Of a stretch of DNA of 64,000 nt, positions 24,384 through 34,920 are shown piece by piece (position 1 is the first letter of the stretch; every line of letters starts with the position of its first letter). The DNA is from Camelus dromedarius (lineage: Eukaryota): contig NC_087436.1 of the NCBI RefSeq assembly GCF_036321535.1, forward strand, positions 91,762,001 through 91,826,000. The letters are read 5' to 3'. Both the position numbers and the translations under genes were made by a program. Below the pieces are notes generated by a model. That model ran no database searches. It saw only the letters and a list, made by a program, of their open reading frames with translations, and was not told the origin of the DNA.

Positions 24384-26257
24384 CTGTATTTTTTTCCTTC
24401 ACCAAGAGTAGAATATATGAAATAAAATGGCTAGATTCAGATACAATGACATTGAACAAAACTGGGTGACTTTTAAACTATCATTTAGTTTTTATCATGA
24501 ACCAAGATTTACACCTTGTTTTCTCCCTCTTTCTTTTAGGGCATGCTTCCTCATTGCCTCACTTCCCCCACCCTGATGCCACAAAACTAAGTAATGAGTG
24601 TGGAACTGAAGAGTATTAGAAGACTTGAAAAAAATCCAACTTGCCCCAAAAATGTACTCACAGAGGAGTGTCAGGTCCCTCCTCCCCACTTCTATGTGAC
24701 TGGAACACTCTCATCTGACCCAGATACACACACCACTATTTCCCCAAAAGAGTGGCTACTAAATTAAGCTGCAGCAGATATTTTTAAAACTTCAATATTC
24801 CCTCTGCCATTTTGAACCAATGATCATTTTGACATTTTCACTTTAACCCCACTTTTGGTCTTTGCTCCATCAAAGTTGGCTAGAATTGAATAGATTATGT
24901 TAGCAATGTACATAACTAACCATAGAAAAAAATTGTACTGAACTGAGAAAAAATTGCTTACAGATTAGATAACAAGATAAATCAAAGCCTTTTATCCAGT
25001 GACTAATGAATTAATGAAGATAAATTTGAGTTGTCCAGTTCTTTACTTATAGTAGGTATTCAGTAAATCTTAATTACCTTTCTTAGTGAAGGTCCCACTT
25101 ACACTGCTAATGTCAACATTATAAAATTAGGACTTTATTAAAAGGAATATTTACTCCTGTCAAGGTTGTAAGAGTATCAGACAAAGGGTAAAGAAAACCA
25201 AAAATTCTCTACAAAGAGGCAATGGATGATTAACTGCCCAATAGGATAAGCAAAGAGGATTTAAATCCCAGAGTATGTCAGTTACAGACCAGAGGCTACA
25301 AGTAAAAAACACTTAGATCCTAATAAAATATTTTCTCCTATATATTAAAAAGGTTTTCTTCAATGTTTATATTCTAATTTGTGTGGAAAGTTAAGATTTT
25401 AGAGCCAAAATTATATTGGAGGCTCCATTCTATCACCTTGAATTATTTAACAAAGAAACTCCATTAGAAAAACTATAATGGAGAGGAAAGTTCCACTAGG
25501 AGCAAACTCGTTTCAATGAGTTATTATCCTTATCCAAATAAGATTTATCTGAAAGTTAGGGAATCAAGAAGTCTGATAAGTTGATGATGAATATATGACT
25601 TAGAATATCAATAAGATGATAATATGATAGAATCCACCTAATTGGCACACCGTGGTGGAAACAAAAATATGCTAATTTAAAAAGTATTCCTATTTTCAAA
25701 GGCTCTTAGGAATACCTTGTGCTGCAAAATATGTCCTTTTAATTAAGGCATTGTTTGCAAAAACAACTTGAGATGCAATTTTTAAAATGCAAAAGTTAAG
25801 ATTTCTTAAGCACATATAGCACATATTATAAACAAACTGTCTAGTAAATACCTGAAATAAATTATTTCTAGGAGTGTGCTTCAATAACTTTCTTGCAAAT
25901 GACATATTTATAAAACTAAATTCATGAGTAAAATCATGTCCTGTAATTGAATGTTGATGGGTATGTGCAGCTGACACAAGCAAAACTATTCAAAAGTTAA
26001 TCAAAGATGAGTTCATATCTAGATATTAGATTAACAAAACTAGACACTAATAACCTTAAATTCAAACCGATTCGGACATTATATCATCACCCTACTAACA
26101 GATTAACTACTAAAATACATGTGACATGGATTTTTACCTCTTTATTGATCTTGTTTCTGTGCGCTTTTTGCTGCCCAAGTAATTCGATTCAGCGCCCAGC
26201 TCCCTCTATCCACTCTGTAGTTGGGGCTTCTTAGATGCTGATTAAAACATGATTGAA

Positions 26258-26345
26258 CATGTATGACTGAAGCATTGCACTGTACCCCAGAAATTGATAC
26301 AACATTGTAAATTGACTATACTTCAATAAAAATAAATAAATAAAT
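26258..26345 (+). mobile_element. Ultra-short 5'-truncated L1 3' end
   Basis: CATGTATGACTGAAGCATTG…CCAGAAATTGATACAACATTGTAAATTGACTATACTTCAAT plus (TAAA)n; perfect TSD AAACATGATTGAA (26245-26257 / 26346-26358). Confidence 0.92.
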
Positions 26346-26639
26346 AAACATGATTGAAGACAACTCGAGTAGCAACTCTCATAGAGCTGACTGATTCTAT
26401 AGTGTAATTTTCATTCTTTTGCATGTATATTCTATAGGATACAGATAGGACTTGATGGAGAACAGATATAAACTCATTTCAGGGCTTAAATAATGACTGC
26501 TTGGGAGAAGAGAATATTTAGTGAATATAACAAATAGAAAAGTTTGTGATAACAGTGATTGGCTTTACAAGCCAATGGATGGTTTTCAAAAACAGATGAG
26601 CTATAGCAATATACTGTGCAATGTGACTATACCCAACCA

Positions 26640-26800
26640 CGTGGTCTTGTATAAAATTAATAACTGCTCTAAGTTGAATATTCTTATCTGTAAAATAGAG
26701 ATAATAATACTATCAGTCTCAGAAGACAGGTGGGAATTAATGATGAAATCATCTATGCAAAGTGCTTGGCAGGAGTATTATTCAATAATAGTAGTAATTC
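26640..26800 (+). mobile_element. MIR SINE
   Basis: TTCTTATCTGTAAAATAGAGATAATAATAC…ATGCAAAGTGCTTGGCA. Confidence 0.7.
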
Positions 26801-27089
26801 CTTGCTTTTGATTTAAATATAGTCTCTTATTAATAACATGTAGAATGGATATGGTAAGACATATGAAGGGATTATTTCCTTCTTCCTCTCCTTTCAAAAG
26901 TCAGCTTTGTCTTGTGTCTTGTTACCTTAATTAGAGCGACTGAGTCAGTAGCCTCTCTTGCCCTTCCAATACAGTTACAATTAATGAACACTGTTATGAA
27001 AACATTCAACCTGCTTAACCAAAAAAATCTTAGTGTAGCAAATGCCCTCCAATGGTAAAAGCAGCGTCCATAAAATATTTTTCATGAAA

Positions 27090-27885
27090 AGATTATTTTA
27101 ATGAGATAGAACTGACCCATATCATTGTGTAACTTTCAGGTGTACAACATATTGACTTATGTACTACAACAGGATTAATACCACAGCATTGGCTAATATC
27201 TCTATCATATCATATACTCTATCATATCATATAATTATCATTTCTTTTTTTGAGAAGAAATTTCATTTCTTAGGCAATTTTGAAGTTTATAATACAATAT
27301 TGTTGTCTATAATTACTATGCTGTGCATTAGATCTCCAGAACTTATTTATCTACTAGTTGTGAGTTTGTACCCTTAAACAACATCTTCACAATTCCTGCC
27401 ACTCTCCAGCCTTGGTAACCATTATTCTGGTCTCTGTTTTTATGAGTTTGGCTTTTTTTAGATTCCACATATATATGGTAACATACAGTGTTTATCTTTC
27501 GCTGTCTGATTTATCTTGCTTAGCATAATACCCTCAAAGTTCACCCATATTGTTACAAATGGCAAGATTTCCTTCCTTCTCATGACTGAATAATATACAT
27601 ACCATACCAAAGCTTCTTTATCCGTTCATTCATTGGCAGACACTTTTAGGTTGTTTCCATGCCTAGCCTATTGTGAATAAAGTTACAGTAAACATGAGAG
27701 TGCAGATATCTCTTCAAGACCCTGCTTTCATATCCCTTGGCTATATAACCAGAAGTGGAATTGCTGGATTAAATGGTAGTTCTATTTTTAATCTTTGAAG
27801 AACCACCATACTGTTTTCCATAGAGGCTGAATCAATTTATATTCCCATCAACAGTATACAAGAGTTACCTTTTCTCCATATCATG
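27090..27885 (-). mobile_element. L1 3' end (older L1MA/MB-type)
   Basis: TGCTGTGCATTAGATCTCCAGAACTTATT…TTTAGATTCCACAT…CCAGAAGTGGAATTGCTGGAT…CCATACTGTTTTCCATAG…ATTCCCATCAACAGT. Confidence 0.92.
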
Positions 27886-28041
27886 GAAATATTTTTGTTC
27901 CCCAAGCGTTTTTTAGAATAATGCCAGGCTTAACAAGAGTTTCCTGGATATTTCTGGAAGAGTACATTTTAAAGCATGAATTAAAATGAATCACAAAACC
28001 ACAGACACTTAACACTGAAAGGCACATCAAGAATCCTTTAT

Positions 28042-28365
28042 CAGTGTTTCTAATTCAAGTACCAACAGTGGGCAGGCGGGTGATGCAGTTGAGTACATCA
28101 GGCAATAAGGAAGATGAAAGTGAAGGCAAATGAGAAAAAGCACAACCCTTCTAAAAGAGGCAGCTTTTATCACCTTCAACCAATTGTTGCCATGTGAGAA
28201 ATTAGACTCAGTGCTGTCATGTCTTCATATTTTTTCAAGATAAATGGGATACTTACATATTCATGTACAGTCTCATATTGTTAATAATGTCAACTCACAT
28301 AGAAATTTTGAGAGTATGTCTCTGGCTAGTGATACCCCACAGAGAGTTAGTTCATGAATTCTGAG
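28042..28365. mobile_element. hAT-Charlie non-autonomous element (MER102-like)
   Basis: CAGTGTTTCTAA start; TTGTTGCCATGTGAGAA…CAGTGCTGTCA…TTTTTCAAGA internal motif. Confidence 0.5.
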
Positions 28366-28599
28366 CTGTGCTGCTCACCATTCTCCTCACAAATGAGAAA
28401 GCTGATACAAAGAGTGGCCACTGAACAATGAATTTCAATATGCATACCCAAAAAAATATATGTAGTGATAAGTTTAATAGTTGACAGGTAAATTTCTTTA
28501 TTCTATATTAAAATAAGAGCATGGTTTTCTTATATTCTTCATCTAGAAAAATCAACCTTCTGTCAAACCTACGTTAGCCATCCTCCTTTATCCATCTTA

Positions 28600-28860
28600 C
28601 CAGACATTCTGGTCCACAATGCCCTTTCTCTTACTATTCTCTTTCCTTCACCTAGAATCTGCTACTCAACATCTCTGCATTTTAAAATGCTAGTTGTACT
28701 TCAAGGCCACAAACAATATAAGTTTCCTGAGGGCAAATACCATGGATCTCTTATACAATGTTCTATCCTTTGCACTTTTCACAGTGACGGAGGCATTAAA
28801 TATGTTCTATAAGTATTTATGGAATGAATGAGTATATGAGTGAATGAATGAATGATCACT
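28600..28860 (+). mobile_element. L2 LINE 3' end
   Basis: TAAGTTTCCTGAGGGCA…ACAGTG…ATAAGTATTTATGGAATGAATGA…GAATGAATGAATGA tail. Confidence 0.75.
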
Positions 28861-30004
28861 CCAGTCATAACAAATGGTTTCCTTCTCTGAGAACTTACAG
28901 AATTTCATACATTTATAAGAGCACTTGTCTTAACCTGCCTGGAAATACTCCCTTCTAGTACATTCTAGAAGTGAAGTCATGTTGAACTGTTGTCAGCTTT
29001 AAAGAGAGCAAGTCTCTTTTAAATGTAGGGCATTTAGGGCCACTCTTCTTAGAAAATGTGGGCTCGAGGAGTGAATTGTGGGGCATCAGAAAAGTCACAT
29101 TCACAGTTATGTATTCGGTTCTTCTTTACCCTCCCTACAAGTGTTCAAGCCCTTTTTAAGCGGCCACTATGTCTACTTTGTCCTCTCACTCACATTTAAG
29201 CCAATGTCTTCCCACAGAGTAATCCCTGCACAAAGTGAAGTGAATCAAACGTGATAAGGAAATGTTTTACTTTAAATCCACGTTTCCCAGTATTTTTTGA
29301 TGGCATTGTTCATTTTCATCTCATCCTTCATAGATACCCAAAATATCAAAAGGAAGTAGAGTACGCCTTGCAAAATTTAAAATGTCTAACTTTTAGTTCA
29401 ATTAAATTAAAATCTGAGTTATTGTCTGATCTAGGTGCTGAGGGTACAAAGACAAACACATACAAATAAGCAAAAGGAAGCATGGCTCAGCAACACACTC
29501 AATAATGGGAGGATGCTCTAGGCACTGTGGGAGGGAAGGACACTGATTAATTCCATCTGATGTGATGCATGAAGTTCTGTTTTACTAAGGAGCTTTGTTG
29601 TAATGTATCCTCTACATTAAAAATAAAATAAAATAAAACAAAAGTAAAGTAGTAAAATAAAAGTAAAGAAAAATAATAAAAGCAAAATAAAATAATAAAA
29701 CAAAACCTCTCCTGACTTACTGAGCAGTGTCTCCTTACCTATTGAGCATTTGTCTCCTTACCTAGGACACAGATTTAGAGATACATATGACAAATTTATC
29801 AAAGTAATTTCCTTTCACATTTTCCCTGTTGAATTTCCCATACTTATTGGGAAGTAAGATCAATATTAATCACAGAATTTAAAATTTGATTTCATATTTA
29901 GATATGAAGTTAGAGTGACGAGAGATTACTGGTCACTATTCCCATCACATGTGCTTTTTTGCTTTCCAAGGTATTTACCCTCCAGTTAGGAAGGTTATTG
30001 AATT

Positions 30005-31080
30005 ATTTATCTATTGCTGCATAACAAATCCCCTCATATCTGGCAGCTTAAGCCAACAAACATTTATTATTTCACAAAGTTTCTGAGGCTCAGGGATCTC
30101 GCGGTGGCATCACTGTGTGCTGCTGACCCAGGATCTTCCACCAGGTGCAGTCAGACTCTTGTCTGGGGCCGCAGTCACCTCGAGGCTTCACTGGAGTTGG
30201 AAAACCTGCTTCCAAGATCACTTGTGTGGTTGTTGATAGGTTTCAATTCCTTGATGGCTGCTGGCTTGAGGCTTCAGTCCCTCATTGTTTAGACTTCTCT
30301 ATTGGGCTATTCACAGCATGGCAGCTTCCTTCCACCAAAGCAAAGGATCCAAAAGAAAGACAAAGAGCCTGGGCACCAGAGATGAGTTCAAAGAGTTGGA
30401 GGCTGATCAAGGGAAAACCAAGATCATGAGATGATAACATTTCACAAGATTCAGGTGTGGCATCTGGACTGGGTTGTATGGGAGAGGAAGTCCCTCACAG
30501 CCGGAGACCTTCCAGAGATAGTAGGAGGCCACCACCCAGAAGACGAGAGAACAAGGGAACTCCTGGGAAAGAGAGATGGGGAGTTAACTGTCTGAGTGAT
30601 GTCCTTAAGCCAAAGGAGAAGTTCTGGATCAGTGAGTTCCAAGATGCAGCAGCAGTTTGAGGTCTTCTACAGCTATAGGGCCTGCCTTATCTACGTCTAG
30701 GTGAGTGCATTTTCATGGGGTATGCAAGACAGTCTCAAAACAGCTAAAAATATGCTTATTGGGGCTCTATTTAAAACAACTGGATATGCAGGAATTTGAG
30801 TTTGGCACCAGTGAGGTTTAAGCTAATGACTCTGCTGTGAAGAAAAAATAGCATAAGTACTGATATGCAGGGACAACTTTGACCCATTTATATATCAGCA
30901 TCCAAGATGGAAGCTACAATCTTTCATAACCTAATCTCAGAATTGATATATATCATCGCTTCTGCAATATGAAAAAAGATTACAGACAAACCCTGGGATG
31001 AGGCAAGAGGAGGCTTCACAAAAATAAGAAATCTAGAAAGTAGAAATCATTGAAAGCCATCTTGGAGGCTGGCTGCTATG
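30005..31080 (-). mobile_element. MaLR LTR (MLT1F-H-like), split by a nested LTR at 30378-30897
   Basis: TATCTATTGCTGCATAACAAAT…GCTTAA…CATTTATTATTTCACA…CTTCCAAGAT…ACAGCATGGCAGCT / CCAAGATGGAAGC…ATAACCTAATCTCAGAA…GCCATCTTGGAGGCTGGCT. Confidence 0.8.
30378..30897 (-). mobile_element. ERVL-class solo LTR (MER54/MER74-group-like) nested in MLT1
   Basis: Minus-strand start TGATATATAAATGGGTC…, end …TTTCCCTTGATCAGCCTCCAACTCTTTGAACTC; 5-bp TSD GCACC/GCATC. Confidence 0.6.
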
Positions 31081-32504
31081 TCTACAAGGAATCACAGCCT
31101 AGGAAGAGAGGTGTGAGCCATGTACAACACCAGTGAGTCAATCTGACTGTCTAAATATTTCATTCCTGATGTTTTGCTCTCTAGTTTCTTAATCTAGATA
31201 TCTTATCTTTGTCATAGCTAATTTCCTAGATTCAACTCTTTGCTTCTTTGAACCAAAAGTAATCCTTGGCTCTTGTTTTCTTTAGCTGATCTTTTGGATT
31301 TCAGCTGTATAAGCCCTGACTCGATACACCCTTTCATCTGTAAGGTAGAACTCAACTTCTTTCTTAGTTCCCACAAACCCCCAGGGGTCTGTTATCACAA
31401 AATTACAACAAGGGGCAGAACCTTTTGAGCACAAGCTACTATAAAAACCTTCCACCAACTTCATATGAAGACAATTCATTAACTCCATATTGTCATATAT
31501 AATAATAACAAACATAATCTTTTCTCAGGGGTTATTATTCAGTAGCTTCCATCTCTCCCCCTCCAGAAAACCTCTGCAATAAATGAGCAGGTATCCAGTA
31601 AACCATCTGTAATTCCTACCTGAAGAAACCAGAGCCTTGAGAGTAGACAAGTTATATCTGTTACTCCTTGCCTCTGTGGACCTACTGCCCTTGACTGTGT
31701 TCATAGTAGAAGCTCACATTCAGGTGTTTCCCTGGAGAAAAAGGAAAGCAGGTGACATTCAACTCTCAGTATCCACACTGTCCTATAAAAGTTATGACTG
31801 GGTTGACCTTGAGCAAGGAAAAATCCAAAGCAGTAATTCTATTTGAATATGAGTTTAAAGTTTTGATACTTATATCTCACTCTGTTATAAAATGTCTCAT
31901 ACTTTTCTCCTTTTTTTTATGACCAAAAAAAGGGGTTTTGATAAACAGTAATTTATTTTTTTATACCTGTCAAATGAATCAGGTTGTTGTGAAAGTACAT
32001 TTACTTGAGGACATGTGTGGCATACTAATTTTATATAAAAAGTAAATTTGGGAAATAAGAATTAGTATTTCAAATAAAATAAAAATACCTGAATCCAGAT
32101 TTCCTGAATTTGCTCCCCCTACCTTTGTTTTTGCATATGCCACAAATATATTGACTGTATTGTGTCCTGTTTTACACTGACACAGAAAATTCACTTAAGT
32201 TGTATTTAGTGGCTTCCTCATCTGATATGCAAATATATTATAAACATTAGTGTTACTAAACATATAATGAATGAGTTGCACAAGTAAAAATGTCAATGAG
32301 AAATATGTTCTTGCACCTTAGAATATTTGGAACAATGAGAATCATACCAATTCTTCCAGCAATGAAAGATGTATGTGTTTGTGTGTGTGCACAAATGAAG
32401 ATATTGGACAAGTGAGGGAGTACTCCTGTCAGCTGGCATATGGAGAATTCATATTTATTGATACCATAAGCTTAAGAAGATGAAGTGTCCTGAGGCAGTA
32501 GTAT

Positions 32505-33164
32505 TGAGGCAGGAAGGAAAGGGGCAGGGCATAGCCGTTCAAGGAATAACATAGCAATTAACACCAAGGTGGCAGAAAATTCAACTCCCAGTAGACCCTG
32601 AGACCCAAGATGGCAGGAGACTTGCCTTCTAATAGACCTTGAACTTCATTATACACTCATTGTAACAGATTAACATGGTGAATGACACTCCCACAGGTGC
32701 CATGACAGTTCTGAGGCTGACCATAAGAGGTCAAAAAGTGGGTGGTGGCCCAATTCCTGGGAATCCCAGCCCCTTCCCCAAAAGTAGTTAGAATAATCCT
32801 CCCACTTTTTAGCATATGAATTTACTGAGCCCATAAATACTAGCAACACCACACCTCACGGCCTCTCGCTCTGTCGCCTCCTGAGATGGCCTGCACTCTG
32901 TCTATGGAGTGTGTATCTACTTTTACTTTAAACTAAGCACCTAACCCCCACACCCCGTGACCTTACTCTTGCCTTTTGAGATGTCTTGCTCTCTGTCTAG
33001 GGAATGTGTATCTCTCTAAATAAATGTACCTTTACTCAAATTGTGGCTTACTTTTGAATTCTTTCCTACATGAAGCGAAGGACCCACACTTGGTGGGGCG
33101 TCTCCCAGGGACTCAACCGAGACCTGGGACACAGCCCTCCTCTAGCCCACATTTTCCTGTATCA
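32505..33164 (+). mobile_element. ERV1-class solo LTR (MER41/MER4-related style), comparatively young
   Basis: TGAGGCAGG…TTCCTGTATCA termini, TSD GTAT/GTGT, CATAAATA TATA-like box near 32832, AATAAA near 33019. Confidence 0.88.
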
Positions 33165-33689
33165 GTGTTGCTGGGAAACTAGATTGTCAAGTGCTTGATC
33201 CCAGAAGAATCCCCCACAGTGTGTCTGCCAGGAGCTGTATCTGTCCTTAATGGGTTACTGGGACTGGGAAACCATCCCTCCCTGGGACTGTGGAGGGCAA
33301 TTGGGTGACTGGGTAATTGTCACTCCTTCCATCTTTGTTGATAATATATTTTTAAGCAACTGATACTTAAAAAAAGAAAACCTCAATTTTCTCTGTCTAC
33401 ATGGTTAAGTTAGAGAAGATTAGAGTAAATCATTCTAACCTGCCCTTAATTCCGCTTGTCCTGTTAGCAGACATGCAGAACAATCCCTGTCTAGACAGAG
33501 CAGCTGCTTTTTACTATCATTGAAGGGTGATCTTTGAGTCATATCCTCCTGGAGGTGAAAGAGATAAACAAATGTTTGAGTTGAAATTAAAGATACCTCT
33601 TTATTGGTTACCTCTGAGTCACACTTAACAGGGTCATTTATGGTTCAGACCTGTTTCTGCATAAGAAAAATACATTTAAAATTGTGCAA

Positions 33690-34660
33690 TGCTTATTATA
33701 ATGTATAAGGCCCTGTGATAAAATGGAGAGTAAACAAACAAACAAAAAGATATGGCCTATCATGTAGCTTAGAGTCCATCTGAAGAAAAAGGTGTCAATA
33801 AAGTAAACAAGAAATAGTTTAATTGGGGTAAGTCCTGTGATAAGTTCAGAGCAGTATGTAAGCACATGGTAGACTCTGACCTTGTCTGGAGGGTCAGGAG
33901 TGGGCTGTTTTTGTTTTTGGTTTTGGTTTTGGTTTGGTTTGGTTTGGTTTTGGGGTTTTGTTTTTGTTTTTGTTTTTTTTTTAAGAAACTGACTTTTGAG
34001 CTAAGATTAGAAGATGTAAAGGGCTAAAACTGATTTTTAGTTAAGAGGAAGGATGATGAGGAAGACACTGGAGAAAAAGAACTAGTAACAGAGGGATCGT
34101 GTCATAGTCATAAAAAGAAAGGGAAATAAAAAGCAAGTGCCGATGAAGCAGAGAGAGAGAGAGGGTGGCATAAGATGAGGATGGAGATGTGGTTACGGAT
34201 CAGATAATTCAGGTCCCATAAATGTGGTGACTACTACACTTCTGAGAATGAAAGATGGGGTGATTAATTTTTCCAGGACACCAGGCATAGATCAGGACTT
34301 TACAAGGCAAAAAATAATTTGTAATATTTCTGCATATAGGCCACGTTAAAGATTTTGCTCTTTATCATAAGAGCAATGCGAGCTAATTGGAAGTAATAAG
34401 CAAGGAAGAGACACGATTATATGGTTCTTTAGAAAAATCTCTCCAAGTTGACATAGAAATGGAGGATGAGAGACCTATTAAAGGGCTATAGAACTTGTTT
34501 AAGTCAGAGATGCTACGAACTTGGACAAAGATTGTTACAGTGGAAATAAAATGATTCAATCATAGATTAGAAATTATTGAATTAGGTTGAAGATGAATTA
34601 TAAAGGCTTCTAATCCGCACAAACTAGATAAAAGGCAGCAGAGGTCAGATTTGGGGATGA
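33690..34660 (-). mobile_element. L2 LINE fragment
   Basis: CCTATCATGTAGCTTAGAGTC…GGAGGGTCAGG…GAGCTAAGA…TAGGCCACGTTAAAGATTTTGCTCTTTATCATAAGAGCAATG. Confidence 0.75.
33907..33982. repeat. (TTTTG/TTTGG)n simple repeat
   Basis: Seen directly. Confidence 0.9.
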
Positions 34661-34687
34661 TCATGCTGAGGACATTTTTTGGTATCA

Positions 34688-34920
34688 TGTGCAGCTTGCA
34701 TTCATAGATGACCGGGAGCACACTTCTAGTTGAATAAAGTTGGGTTCACTGACTAACTGCAATGAGGGAGAACAGGTACCATGGAGAACCATACTCCATC
34801 TTAGTAAGAACATGTGAAAAAAGACTTATTTAAAAATGTGGGCATGTGTTAAGTGATTTGGGGAAGATGAAAAGAGGCAGAGATTCGCTCTGAATTGGGT
34901 GCTGTTCATCAGAAGCAGCA
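34688..34920 (-). mobile_element. LTR fragment (ERVL-type)
   Basis: ACTGCAATGAGGGAGAACA…CCATGGAGAACCAT…GGGCATGTGTTAAGTGATTTGGGGAAG. Confidence 0.5.

Noticed and set aside
26007..26120. C/A-rich stretch resembling a mitochondrial insertion (NUMT)
   Set aside because: Only compositional resemblance; no sustained match to a mitochondrial protein or RNA that I can recognise.
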